Notes: a model not told the origin generated them from the sequence alone. A DNA stretch of 64,000 nucleotides from Dehalococcoidia bacterium (GCA_965220125.1 CBDCPB010000004.1:1478227-1542226); one strand, 5' to 3'. Positions 53,234 through 62,913 are shown, numbered from the stretch's first letter. Program-made: numbers and translations.

Positions 53234-55074
53234 CAGCGCGTCGTGGCGGGAGCAGCCGGCGTGGCGTCGAGATCCCGCTCGCGCAGGGCGGCGTCCGCGC
53301 GCGCCCACAGCTCGCGATGCAGCTCGACGTTGCGCTCGCGCTCCGTGCGCAGCTCGAGCACGCTCAGGCCGGGTGTCGCGAGGGCGCTGCCGATCGCCTC
53401 GTGCCACTCGCCGACGGCAGGCCGCAGCAGACGTCCGCCGAAGGTGCGGATCGCGCCCTCGAAGTCGAGGCCGTGCGGCGTGCCGAACCAGTCCTCGAAC
53501 TGCCCGGCCGCCTGCTCGCGCTGGGGCAGGAAGTGGAAGATGCCCCCGCCGTCGTTGTTGACGAGCAGCACGAGCAGCGAGAGGCCGTACTGGCGCAGCG
53601 GCCAGAGCCCGTTGAGATCGTGCAGGAACGAGAGGTCGCCCACCAGCACGGCGACCGGCCCCTCGCCCGCCGCGGCGGCCCCGACTGCCGTCGAGACCAC
53701 CCCGTCGATGCCCGAGGCCCCGCGCGTGCCGACGATGCGGATACGGCGCGAGCTGGCGGGGAAGAACGAATCGAGGTCGCGGACCGGCATCGAGTTGCCG
53801 GCGACGAGCGTCGCGCCGTCCGGCAGGACGGCGGCGAGCACGGCGGGCGGCAAGCCCTCGAACGGCTCGTCGAGTTCGGCGATCGCCTCGCCGAGGGCGC
53901 GGCGGGCCGCGGCGTTGGCGCCGGTCCAGCGCGCGAGCCACGCGCCATCCGGCGCCGCGCGTGCGGCGCTGCGCGCTGGGTCGTCGGCGGCGCCGCGGAA
54001 CGCGCCGGGCCGGCGCGCGGCCAGCGCCGCGACGGCGGCCTCGCAGAGCGCGGCGGGGTCCGCCTGGAGCATCGCGGTGGCGTTCGCGTCGGGGTCGCGC
54101 CAGCCACCGGGGACGTCGACCGCCAGCTGCGGGACGCCCTGCAGGCCGGCGAGGTACTGCGCGAGCGGCTTCGAGGTCGGCGCGGCGCCGAGGCGCAGCA
54201 CCACCTCGGGCGCCTCGATGGAGGCGGCGAAGTGCGGGGAGCGCAGCAGCACGTCGTAGGTCTCGACCACGTGGGTCAGCGGGTGCGTGCCCGCGCGCAG
54301 GCCGGACAGCGGGTCCGCGAGCACGGGCCAGCCGAGCGCCGCCGCCAGCTCCGTGATCGCGCGGGCGGGCAGATCGCCGTTCGCCGGCCCGCAGACGATC
54401 AGCCCGCGCCGGCCGTCCGCGGCCTCGAGCAGCGTCGCGGCAGCCTCGGCGGCGTCACGCCGCGGCGGCGACGAGACGGCGATCGCGGGCGCGGTGGAGG
54501 CCTCGAGGGCGGCCTCCCAGCCCGGCTCGATCAGCGGCTCGCGCAACGGGATGTTGAGCTGCACCGGCCCGGCCGGCGGACCGGCGGCGACGGCCACGGC
54601 GCGGGCCGCGCTGCGCCGCGCGTACGCCTCGAGGGCGGCCGAGCCGTCGGCGACCGGCAGCTCGGCGAACCAGCGCGCGTGACGGCCGTAGAGGCCGTGC
54701 TGCTCGATCGTCTGGTTCGCGCCCGTATCGCGCAGCTCGGGCGGCCGGTCGGCGGTGAGCGCGATCAGCGGGACGCGAGAGAGGGACGCCTCGGCGATCG
54801 CGGGGTGCAGGTTCGCGGCGGCGGTGCCGGAGGTGGTGACGATCGCGACCGGCTCGCGCAGTTGCCGCGCGAGGCCGAGCGCAAAGTACGCCGCCGCCCG
54901 CTCGTCGAGGTGCAGCCAGCTGCGGATGCCCTCGATGCGGTCGAGCGCGAGCACCAGCGGCGTGGAGCGCGAGCCGGGCGCGATCACGGCGTGCCGCACG
55001 CCGCTCTCGCGCAGCTGCCGCACGAACGCGCCGACGAGGCGAAACGCGTCGTTCGCGGACGGCGCGCCGCTCAC
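53233..55074 (-). CDS. menD: 2-Succinyl-5-enolpyruvyl-6-hydroxy-3-cyclohexene-1-carboxylate synthase (ThDP-dependent)
   Basis: ...HAVIAPGSRSTPL...VTTSGTAAANLHPAIAEA...LVGDLSFLHDLNGL...NNDGGGIF are the ThDP-binding motifs; 613 aa. GTG start. Confidence 0.85.
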   Translation of the reverse strand: MSGAPSANDAFRLVGAFVRQLRESGVRHAVIAPGSRSTPLVLALDRIEGIRSWLHLDERAAAYFALGLARQLREPVAIVTTSGTAAANLHPAIAEASLSRVPLIALTADRPPELRDTGANQTIEQHGLYGRHARWFAELPVADGSAALEAYARRSAARAVAVAAGPPAGPVQLNIPLREPLIEPGWEAALEASTAPAIAVSSPPRRDAAEAAATLLEAADGRRGLIVCGPANGDLPARAITELAAALGWPVLADPLSGLRAGTHPLTHVVETYDVLLRSPHFAASIEAPEVVLRLGAAPTSKPLAQYLAGLQGVPQLAVDVPGGWRDPDANATAMLQADPAALCEAAVAALAARRPGAFRGAADDPARSAARAAPDGAWLARWTGANAAARRALGEAIAELDEPFEGLPPAVLAAVLPDGATLVAGNSMPVRDLDSFFPASSRRIRIVGTRGASGIDGVVSTAVGAAAAGEGPVAVLVGDLSFLHDLNGLWPLRQYGLSLLVLLVNNDGGGIFHFLPQREQAAGQFEDWFGTPHGLDFEGAIRTFGGRLLRPAVGEWHEAIGSALATPGLSVLELRTERERNVELHRELWARADAALRERDLDATPAAPATTR

Positions 55075-56468
55075 ATCGCACCGCCGCTAAGGGCGCTGGT
55101 GAGCGGGCGGAACTTGAGCTCGATCTCGGCCAGTTCGGCGTTCGGCAGGGAGTCGCCGGTGATGCCCGCGCCGGAGAACAGCCAGGCGCGCCGCCCGCGA
55201 ATCAGCGCGGAGCGCAGCCCGACCGCGAACTCGCCGTCGCCCGCCCCGTCCATCCAGCCGACGGGCCCGGCGTACCAGCCGCGATCGAAGCGCTCGTGCC
55301 GGGCGATCACCTCGCGGGCATGGGCGACCGGCCAGCCGCAGACGGCCGGCGTGGGATGGAGCCGCCCGATCAGATCGAGGATGTCGACGCCCGGCAGGGC
55401 GCGCGCCCGCACCCGGGTGGCGAGGTGCTGGATGTTGTGCAGGCGCAGCAACTCGGGCCGGTTCGGCGCCTCCAGATCGCCGGCGAGGGCGGAGACGCCC
55501 TCGCGCAGCGCGCGCACGACGATCTCGTGCTCGATGCGCTCCTTGGCGTTGCGCAGCAGCTCCTCGCCGAGCTGCTCGTCCTCCTCGGGTGTGCGGCCGC
55601 GGCGGGCGGAGCCGGCGAGGCCGAGCGTGCTGACAGCGCCCCCGCGCAGCCCGGCAAGCTGCTCCGGGCTGGCGCCGAGGAAGATCGAGTCGCCGCGGCG
55701 GAAGCTGAACAGGTAGCAGTGCGGATAGTCGGCGCGCAGCTGCGCGAGGACCGTCCCGGGGTCGATCGGCGCCGCGGCCTCGACCTCACGCACCGAGGCG
55801 AGGACGGCCTTCTCGTACAGCCCCTCCCGGACCTCGGCGGCGATCTCGGCAACGGAGGAGGTGAGCGCCGGGCGGTTGATGTCCCAGATCACGCGCAGCG
55901 CCGTCTGCGGGCGTTCGCCCTCGGGGTTGAGCGCAGAGCGCGCACTGCGCTCCATCAGGTAGTCGACCTCAGCGGGATGGCTGCCCGGAGCCAGCACGAC
56001 GCCGCAAGCCTCGCCGTCGCGGACGAAGAGCAGCCGCGGCAGGCTCAGCCATCCGTAGTCGAAGCCGCCCCACGGCCCGCCCGCCGGGGCCGCCGGATCG
56101 AAGGCAAAGCCGCCCAGCAAGCGAGGGCGCAGCGGGCCTCGAGCGCCTCCAGCGGGCTCGTTGTGCCGCAGCAGGCGCAGCGCGGCGTCGCGGATCGCCT
56201 CGGGGCCGCCGACGGGGGGCGCATTGACGCGCGCCGCCTCGCCGATGCCGACGAGCACGAGATCGCGATCCGGACGCTCGTAGCAGGCGCTCACATCGGC
56301 GGCGTCGGGACCGGTCAGCAGAATGCGAGGGTCGAAGTCGCCGGACAGATCGACCACGGAGAAGCGACCGCCGTCCGCGGGCGGGGCGGCGAACGCGGGC
56401 TGCCGCGCCCGCGAGGACGGGCGGCTCGCCTGCTCCCGTTCGGACGGCAGACCGCCGCGTTCGGGCAT
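55071..56468 (-). CDS. menF: Isochorismate synthase
   Basis: ...YLFSF...GASPE...HPTPAVCGWP...GWYAGPVGW...SGAGITGDSLP... are chorismate-binding enzyme motifs. Overlaps the menD start. Confidence 0.8.
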   Translation of the reverse strand: MPERGGLPSEREQASRPSSRARQPAFAAPPADGGRFSVVDLSGDFDPRILLTGPDAADVSACYERPDRDLVLVGIGEAARVNAPPVGGPEAIRDAALRLLRHNEPAGGARGPLRPRLLGGFAFDPAAPAGGPWGGFDYGWLSLPRLLFVRDGEACGVVLAPGSHPAEVDYLMERSARSALNPEGERPQTALRVIWDINRPALTSSVAEIAAEVREGLYEKAVLASVREVEAAAPIDPGTVLAQLRADYPHCYLFSFRRGDSIFLGASPEQLAGLRGGAVSTLGLAGSARRGRTPEEDEQLGEELLRNAKERIEHEIVVRALREGVSALAGDLEAPNRPELLRLHNIQHLATRVRARALPGVDILDLIGRLHPTPAVCGWPVAHAREVIARHERFDRGWYAGPVGWMDGAGDGEFAVGLRSALIRGRRAWLFSGAGITGDSLPNAELAEIELKFRPLTSALSGGAM

Positions 56469-56558
56469 GTCCTGCTCCACTCCCCGGCCGGCCAGTTCGT
56501 CCAGTATATGTCCACAACGCCGGCGGACTATGTCCACGGGGCGCGCGGCGGCGCTCGG

Positions 56559-58295
56559 CTAGCGGACCGTGATGTGGTGCTCGATCGTCGGGGTGTTGAG
56601 GCGCTCGCTGCGGATGGCTAGCACCGGTCCCTGGTCCCGCTCGCTGAAGTCCAGCATCCCCCAGCAGAAGCCCGTGCCGGGATGAGCCCGGCAACTGCCC
56701 ATCGAGGTCCGGAACGGATCATCGGGCGGACCGTTGCCGAACTCGAACTGGCGCGCGCTGTCGGCAACGTTGACCAGAGCCACGAACGTGAACTGTGCGA
56801 AGGTCACGTCCAGGGAGATCACGATGAAGTCGTAGTCGATGCCCCACTCGGCCCAGCGCAGTCCCCCGGCGAGCGGGCCCTGGGACACTCTCGAGCACCC
56901 ACCCGCGTTGCAGGACCGGATGCTCGTGGCGCGCCAGCCGCTGTTGAGCCGCACGACCCCCCCGGCGTACCCCACGTCGTCGAGGACGCGATCCCAGGTG
57001 ATCGGGATCGAGGGCGCACCGAACTCGTAGAAGCAGTCGCGGTCGGCGGCGCTCGCGCCGACTGCACCGGGCTCGCCGGCCCGGGCGGGCGACGAGCAGA
57101 ACTCGTAGAGCGTGGCGTCCTCGACAGCGGACCAGCCGAGCACGGCGGTTGCCTCGGGAGCGTCCGGCACGTAGCGCGACGACAGGAACGACTCGAGAGC
57201 CGGGAACCCCTGCGGCCGATCGCCGACGGGAGACACCTCGATCGATACGCGGTCGGTGGCGCTGTGCAGGTAGCGATCGCGGGCGGTGACCTCGAAGAAG
57301 TAGACAGCCTCCTCGTCCGGCGGGATGAACGACAGCTCGGGGGCCGCGCCTCCGTCGGCGAAGGACAGCGCCGGCCCGCCGCTCTGCGCCCACTGGAAGG
57401 TGAGCGGTCCAGCTTCGGGATCGCTGGCCGACGCGCTCAGCGCGACCTCCTCGAAGAAGCCGGCGGCGCGGTCCGGGCCGGCGTCCACCGAGGGAGACTC
57501 GTTGCGCCCGTAGAGCGAGCGCAGCAGCGCGACCTCGGCGAGGCTGGGCTGCAGCAAACAGGCCCCGGGACGCCCGGGCTCGTAGCTGGGGAACATCAGG
57601 TCGCGCGGGTCGTCGCTGTGCCCCAGGCCGAGTACGTGCCCCAGTTCGTGGATCACCGTCGACGCGAAGCAGGCGCCGGACTCCACACGGTTCGGATCGA
57701 TCACGATGTCGGACTCGACGAACTCGCGATCGATCACGATCCGGCGGTCCTCGTCGTCGTAGATGGTCTCCCAGATCCCGCTGGTCAGGGCGGCGTCCGG
57801 CTCCTGGACGATGTTGCGGAAGTCATCGAAGCCGATCTCATTGCGGCCGTTGCCTTCCTCCCATGCAGCGTCGGGACAGTCCCCCGTGTAGTCGATGCCG
57901 ACGGCCGCGCCGGATTCGTTCCAGGCGCGCGCGCCCTGGCCGGCTGCATCGCGGAACGCGTCGGCCTCCAGCCACGACGGGCGGTTGGCGTGGGCGGTGC
58001 AGATCGCGATCGGGTTGGACTCGGTGGTCCAGTGGGCAGGCGGGGATCCGCAGCGTGGCGGCGAGATGCCGGGCACCTCCGAGCAGTCGGTGAAGTAGGC
58101 GATCGCGAGCTCGATCGGCAGATCGTGCACCGCGAGGTCGCGCGAGTACTCCAGGCGGCCGCTGTCCCGTGGCGCCTCGCCGCCATCACCGTGCACCGCT
58201 GGCGGACGGCTCGCGATGAGCAGCAGCGCAACGAGCGCGAGCACGATCGGCGCGGCCATCCGCGGCGCGAGACGCCACACTGCATGCTTGAGCAC
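56559..58295 (-). CDS. Secreted zinc metalloprotease, metzincin (matrixin/M10-like), with ~350-aa C-terminal extension
   Basis: HELGHVLGLGHSDDPRDLMFP is HExxHxxGxxH plus a Met-turn. N-terminal signal/anchor ...LKHAVWRLAPRMAAPIVLALVALLLIASRPPAVHG. Start is probably GTG ~58295 or ATG 58259. Confidence 0.7.
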   Translation of the reverse strand: MLKHAVWRLAPRMAAPIVLALVALLLIASRPPAVHGDGGEAPRDSGRLEYSRDLAVHDLPIELAIAYFTDCSEVPGISPPRCGSPPAHWTTESNPIAICTAHANRPSWLEADAFRDAAGQGARAWNESGAAVGIDYTGDCPDAAWEEGNGRNEIGFDDFRNIVQEPDAALTSGIWETIYDDEDRRIVIDREFVESDIVIDPNRVESGACFASTVIHELGHVLGLGHSDDPRDLMFPSYEPGRPGACLLQPSLAEVALLRSLYGRNESPSVDAGPDRAAGFFEEVALSASASDPEAGPLTFQWAQSGGPALSFADGGAAPELSFIPPDEEAVYFFEVTARDRYLHSATDRVSIEVSPVGDRPQGFPALESFLSSRYVPDAPEATAVLGWSAVEDATLYEFCSSPARAGEPGAVGASAADRDCFYEFGAPSIPITWDRVLDDVGYAGGVVRLNSGWRATSIRSCNAGGCSRVSQGPLAGGLRWAEWGIDYDFIVISLDVTFAQFTFVALVNVADSARQFEFGNGPPDDPFRTSMGSCRAHPGTGFCWGMLDFSERDQGPVLAIRSERLNTPTIEHHITVR

Positions 58296-58411
58296 AGTAC
58301 CCGCCGCTCCCGGAAGATACGCAGTCTCTACACGGTTGATGGCCGCCATTGTACGGCGGATGGGTCCGCGCACCGGGCGTCGAACATGGGGGCAGTGGCA
58401 TACTGCCTGCC

Positions 58412-58708
58412 ATGAGGCTGCCGGACCGCCAGTTGCTCACCATGACGGTCGTCGTCGCCGCGCTGGCCAGCGCGTTCTCGTTCATCTCCAGCGGCGGCGA
58501 CTGGGCCGCGACGCTGGTCGTGCTGCCGCTCTTCGTCACCGTCGCGTTCTGGTCGATCCTGCTCTCCCGCTGGATCTCGCGCCGCTTCACGAAGCGGCCG
58601 GAGCCGGTGCTGCCCGAACAACCCACCGAGCCGACCACGAAGCGCCCGGATCACGTGCAGCGCCGCCGCCGGCGCCGGCGTCCGAGAAGCGGCCGGGGGC
58701 GCGGCTAA
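58412..58708 (+). CDS. Small hypothetical membrane protein (2 predicted TM) with Arg-rich C-terminus
   Basis: MRLPDRQLLTMTVVVAALASAFSFISSGGDWAATLVVLPLFVTVAFWSILLSRWISRRF...RRRRRRRP. Weak evidence. Confidence 0.35.
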   Translation: MRLPDRQLLTMTVVVAALASAFSFISSGGDWAATLVVLPLFVTVAFWSILLSRWISRRFTKRPEPVLPEQPTEPTTKRPDHVQRRRRRRRPRSGRGRG

Positions 58709-59811
58709 CGGCGGTCCGAGGCCTCGCAGGCCGCGATCAGCGCGTGCGCGATCTCGCGGTAGCGCTGCTGCACCTCCACCGGCCCGTGCAGGCCATTGGT
58801 GAGATAGGCGACCGCGAGCCCGCGCGCCGGATCGGCGTAGCCGATGGTGGACTGAGCCCCGGGGTGCCCGTACACGCCGGGCTCGTCGAAGGGCTCAAAG
58901 ACGCTCCCGGCAATGAAACCGAGGCCGTACGAGGCGGGCAGCGTGAAGGTGCGGTCGTAGTCGTCGGTCCACTGCACGCTCGTCGCCAGCGCCACGGTCT
59001 CCGGCTGGAGCAGGCGTGCGCCCTCGCGCGCGCCGCCCTGCAGCAGGCAGTCGTAGAAGCGGGCCAGCGCCTCCGCCGTCCCGATCCCGTTCGCGGCCAG
59101 CAACTGCGCGCGCAGCGTCGGCGCGGCATTGAAGCGGTCGACGATGTCGGAGGTGCGGCGCTCGCTGCCCGTGGGATCGAGCAGCGTGACCTCCGACATC
59201 GCCCGCAGCGGTACGACGTCGCCGAGCGCTTCGTCCGGCACGCCGAGCGAGGCGTCCATGCCGAGCGGGCCGAGGATCTCCTCGGCGAGGAACTCGCGCG
59301 GCTCGCGCCCGTCGAGGCGGTGAATCAGCGCACCGAGCGCGATGCCGTAGGTGATGGGGTGGTAGCCGGTGGCGGTACCGGGCGGCCACTCCGCCTCGAT
59401 CGCGGCGGTCGCGGCGGTGATGGCGGTCCAGTCGTCGAGGCGCTCCCAGTCGAAGTCGGGGGGGAACACGGGGAAGCCGCCGCGGTGGGTCAGCACGTGC
59501 CGCAGCGTGCAGGCGGCCTTGCCGCCCTGCGCGAACAGCGGCCAGGCCACGGCGATCGGCTGATCGAGGTCGCAGGCGCTGCGCTCGACCATCATCAGCG
59601 CGGCGACGGCGGCCAGCGGCTTCGTGGCGGAGAACCAGAGCATCCGCGCCGCGGGCCGCGCCGCGGCCCCGAGCCGGAGGTCGATCTGCAGCTCGCCGTC
59701 GCGGTAGACCGCGAGCTGCGCGGCGTCGTGCAGGCCCTGCTCGAGGTGTGCGCGCGCGACATCCTCGACGGACCCGCGCGCAGCCGGCGAGAGCGCTCGC
59801 GGTGCGGCCAT
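58705..59811 (-). CDS. Serine hydrolase, beta-lactamase/transpeptidase-like (class C-type esterase family)
   Basis: ...RMLWFSATKPLAAVAAL... is the S-x-x-K active-site motif. The YxN-like and HxG-like elements follow, and the overall length is right. Confidence 0.7.
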   Translation of the reverse strand: MAAPRALSPAARGSVEDVARAHLEQGLHDAAQLAVYRDGELQIDLRLGAAARPAARMLWFSATKPLAAVAALMMVERSACDLDQPIAVAWPLFAQGGKAACTLRHVLTHRGGFPVFPPDFDWERLDDWTAITAATAAIEAEWPPGTATGYHPITYGIALGALIHRLDGREPREFLAEEILGPLGMDASLGVPDEALGDVVPLRAMSEVTLLDPTGSERRTSDIVDRFNAAPTLRAQLLAANGIGTAEALARFYDCLLQGGAREGARLLQPETVALATSVQWTDDYDRTFTLPASYGLGFIAGSVFEPFDEPGVYGHPGAQSTIGYADPARGLAVAYLTNGLHGPVEVQQRYREIAHALIAACEASDRR

Positions 59812-60001
59812 CAGGGCCGCCCCCGGGTGGGCGCAGCAGGGCGGGCGCTGGCGAGCGGCACGGCGTGACTCCTGTCCCGGCGACAGTATGGCGAGCGAGG
59901 CGACGCGCGCACCGTACCGCAGGACGCGCCACTCCGGTGACGCCTCGCCGCTGGTGGTAGGATGCGCGGCGCGGAGCGGCGACGACCTCGGGAGGGACGG
60001 C

Positions 60002-61201
60002 ATGGAGTACGGCTGGACCGAGGAACACGTGGCCTTCCGGGCGCAGGTGCGCGAGTTCATGGAGACGCACGCCACGCCCGCGCTGTTCGAGGAGCTGCAC
60101 GCGGCGGAACGCGACGGGCTCGCGCGCGAGGCCGGCGAGGGCGAGTTCGGCCACAGCCGCGGCCCGGAACTGCGCGCCTTCCGCAAGGCCATGAACGAGG
60201 CCGGCTACACCAACATGGGCTGGCCGGTGGAGTACGGCGGCCAGGGCAAGGACGCGCTGCACGCCTTCATCCTCGCCGAGGAGCTATGGTACCGCAGCAT
60301 CCCGCAGGACCACCTCAGCGTCGGCTCCGTGGGCCGCACGATCATGCGCTTCGGCACCGAGGAGCAGAAGCGCGAATGGCTGCCCGAGATCGTCAGCGGC
60401 GAGATGACCTTCGCCCTCGGCTACACCGAACCGAACGCCGGCACCGACCTCGCCTCGCTGCAGACGAGGGCGACCCGTGACGGCGACGAGTGGGTGATCA
60501 ACGGGCAGAAGATCTACGGCGGCTTCGGCGGCGCCACGCACGGCTGGCTGGCCGCCCGCACGGACCCCGACGCGCCCAAGCACCAGGGCATCTCCGTCTT
60601 TATCTTCCCCACCAACCTGCCGGGCATCACCGTCCGGCCGATGGGCACGATGGGGCGGATCATGACCAGCGAGACCTTCTTCGACAACCTACGCCTGCCC
60701 GCCGACGCGCTCTTCGGCGAACTCAACCGCGGCTGGTACTACATGACCAACGCGCTCGACCTCGAACGCGTCATGATCGAGCCGCACAGCCTCTACCAGC
60801 GGCGCATCGACGCGCTCGTCCAGCACATCGAGCAAGAGCGGCCGGAACTGGCCGACGACAGCGTGGTGCGCATCAAGCTGGCCGAGGCGACCGTGGACGG
60901 CGAGGTCTCGCGCGCGCTGGCGCTGACCAACGCGATCATGGTGCAGAACGGCATCACCCCGACCATGGAAGGCGCGATGGTCAAGGTCTGGGGCTCCGAG
61001 GCGCGCTTCCGCATCGACAGCCTCGCCCTCGACCTGCTCGGCCCCGAGGGCGGCCTGCGCCGCGAGAACGAGGAGGCTCCGGCCAGCGGCAAGCTCGAGG
61101 AGAACTACCGCGGCTCCTCGGTGCACCGCTTCGCCGGAGGCACCAACGACGTGCTGCGCCGCATCATCGCGGCGCGCGGCCTCGGGCTGCCGAGAGGCTA
61201 G
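60002..61201 (+). CDS. Acyl-CoA dehydrogenase
   Basis: ...FALGYTEPNAGTDLASLQTRATRDGDEWVINGQKIY...GGTNDVLRRIIA... are ACAD motifs. GGGAGGGA Shine-Dalgarno. Confidence 0.8.
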   Translation: MEYGWTEEHVAFRAQVREFMETHATPALFEELHAAERDGLAREAGEGEFGHSRGPELRAFRKAMNEAGYTNMGWPVEYGGQGKDALHAFILAEELWYRSIPQDHLSVGSVGRTIMRFGTEEQKREWLPEIVSGEMTFALGYTEPNAGTDLASLQTRATRDGDEWVINGQKIYGGFGGATHGWLAARTDPDAPKHQGISVFIFPTNLPGITVRPMGTMGRIMTSETFFDNLRLPADALFGELNRGWYYMTNALDLERVMIEPHSLYQRRIDALVQHIEQERPELADDSVVRIKLAEATVDGEVSRALALTNAIMVQNGITPTMEGAMVKVWGSEARFRIDSLALDLLGPEGGLRRENEEAPASGKLEENYRGSSVHRFAGGTNDVLRRIIAARGLGLPRG

Positions 61202-61212
61202 GGGGCGTCACG

Positions 61213-62292
61213 ATGGCCATGGACCTCCGGCTGAGCGACCTGCAGGAGCTGATCCGCGACAGCGCGGACGACTTCCTCGAGCGCGAGGCGCCCGCCTCCC
61301 GCATGCGCCAGATCGAGTGGGCGGGCGAGCCCGACGACGAGCTGTGGAGCCAGATGGTGGAGCTGGGCTGGACCGGCCTGCCGATCGCCGAGGAGCACGG
61401 CGGCCAGGGCGCGCAGTTCGTCGACCTCGGCGTGCTGATCGAGCAGCTCTGCCGCCACGCCCTGCTCTCGCCGTACCAGCAGACGATGCTCGCCGCGGCG
61501 ACGGTGCAGCGTCACGGTGACGAGGCGCTGCAAGCCTCGCTGCTGCCTCGCATCGTCGCCGGCGCGACCTGCGCCCCCGCGCTCGTGGAGGGCAACGGCG
61601 GGCTCTTCGGCGCGATCGCGACGACGACCGACGGCGCGACGCTGAGCGGCTCGAAGCGTTACGTCGAGTTCGGCGCGACCAGCGACCTGCACCTGGTGGC
61701 CGCGACGCGAGACGGCGAGCCCGGTCTCGCCCTCGTGGCGCGAGAGCAGCCGGGCGTGTCCACGCAGGCGCTGACCGGCATCGGGCTCACGCCGCAGGCG
61801 GAGGTGAGCTACGACGGCGCGAGTGTCGAGGGCTGGATCGGCGGCGCCGAGGCGGTCGACTACCTGCGCCTGCTGGGCTCGGCGATCGCCTCGCTGGAGT
61901 GCTACGCGCACGCGCAGAAGGCGCTCGACATGACCGTGAGCTACGTCCAGGTGCGCGTCGCCTTCGGGCGGCCGATCGGGACGTTCGAGGCCGTGCAGGG
62001 CCGCGTCGCGGACGCCGCGGTCGGCGTCACCGCCTCGCGCTTCCTCGCCTACGAGCAGCTCTACAGGCTGGACCAGGGCGAGCTGGACGCGCTGCACGCG
62101 GCGAAGGTGAAGTCGGTCGTCTCGCGCTCGGTGGTGGACGCGACCAACTGGGGACACGTGCTGCACGGCGGCGTGGGCTTCATGGCGGAGTACGACCTAC
62201 AGTTCCACACGCGCCGCGGCAAGGAAGCATCGCTGCGCTGGGGCGACCCGCGCGAGTCACTCGGCGCGGTGGCGGCGTCGGTCTTCAACTAG
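61213..62292 (+). CDS. Acyl-CoA dehydrogenase family protein (second, adjacent; likely partner subunit)
   Basis: ACAD-like fold, ...YVQVRVAFGRPIGTFEAVQGRVADAAV..., but lacks the canonical C-terminal catalytic Glu context. Lies 12 nt after the previous ACAD. Confidence 0.65.
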   Translation: MAMDLRLSDLQELIRDSADDFLEREAPASRMRQIEWAGEPDDELWSQMVELGWTGLPIAEEHGGQGAQFVDLGVLIEQLCRHALLSPYQQTMLAAATVQRHGDEALQASLLPRIVAGATCAPALVEGNGGLFGAIATTTDGATLSGSKRYVEFGATSDLHLVAATRDGEPGLALVAREQPGVSTQALTGIGLTPQAEVSYDGASVEGWIGGAEAVDYLRLLGSAIASLECYAHAQKALDMTVSYVQVRVAFGRPIGTFEAVQGRVADAAVGVTASRFLAYEQLYRLDQGELDALHAAKVKSVVSRSVVDATNWGHVLHGGVGFMAEYDLQFHTRRGKEASLRWGDPRESLGAVAASVFN

Positions 62293-62320
62293 CCGGCAGG
62301 GCGAACGCGGAGGACGAACC

Positions 62321-62521
62321 ATGGCGAAGGTGCTGGATCCGGTCTCGGGCGACGAGATCGACACGGACGAGGTGAACCGCGCGGTCAGCGAGACCGCCTC
62401 CGGGGCGGGACAGTCGGACCCGGACAAGGGCACGAAGTACTTCCACAACGGCCAGTGGTACTACTTCGCCAGCCTCGACTCGCGCGTGCGCTTCATGGCC
62501 GACCCGGAGAAGTACGCCTGA
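62321..62521 (+). CDS. YHS-domain small protein (metal-binding TRASH-like)
   Basis: ...KYFHNGQWYYFASLDSRVRFMADPEKY is a YHS-domain signature; 66 aa. GGAGGA Shine-Dalgarno. Confidence 0.65.
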   Translation: MAKVLDPVSGDEIDTDEVNRAVSETASGAGQSDPDKGTKYFHNGQWYYFASLDSRVRFMADPEKYA

Positions 62522-62534
62522 CAGCGTCCTACCT

Positions 62535-62890
62535 GCCTCCTCTCGCCCTCGCCTGCGGGGGGGCTGCGCCCCCACACCCCATCCCGGACGAGCGCGCGCT
62601 GCGCGCCGCTCCAGCCCACCCACCCGCCCTCGGACTTCTTTTCCTGTGGGGGCTGCGCCCCCACGCCCCCACCCGGATCAGCGGCGGCCCGCGTCCAGCC
62701 CCCTCTCTCCCGCGGGGAGAAGGCGGGGGTGAGGGGCACGCCAGACTTCCGAGGGCCAAGAAGCCTTCGAGGGCAGGCGCGCGTCTCGCCTGTGGGGGCT
62801 GCGCCCCCACGCCCCCACTCGGCTCGCCGGACGCCGGCCGGCCCCCTCTCTCCCGTGAGAGGGGTGAAGGGTGCGGGGATCTCCCCCCGC
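62535..62890. repeat. GC-rich palindromic intergenic repeat (locus F)
   Basis: CTGCGGGGGGGCTGCGCCCCCACACCCC; CAGCCCACCCACCCGCCCTCGGACTTCTTTTCCTGTGGGGGCTGCGCCCCCACGCCCCC; CCCTCTCTCCCGCGGGGAGAAGGCGGGGGTGAGGGGCAC; a second GGGGGCTGCGCCCCCAC; CCCTCTCTCCCGTGAGAGGGGTGAAGGG. Confidence 0.8.
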
Positions 62891-62913
62891 GGCCACGCGC
62901 CCCGGCGCGTCCG

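Noticed and set aside
280-62890. Possible CRISPR arrays at the six GC-rich repeat loci
   Set aside because: The repeats are composite modules of unequal length in variable order and orientation, separated by irregular non-unique spacers, and the same spacer-like segments recur between loci. There are no regular identical direct repeats of 24-48 bp with unique spacers and no cas genes.
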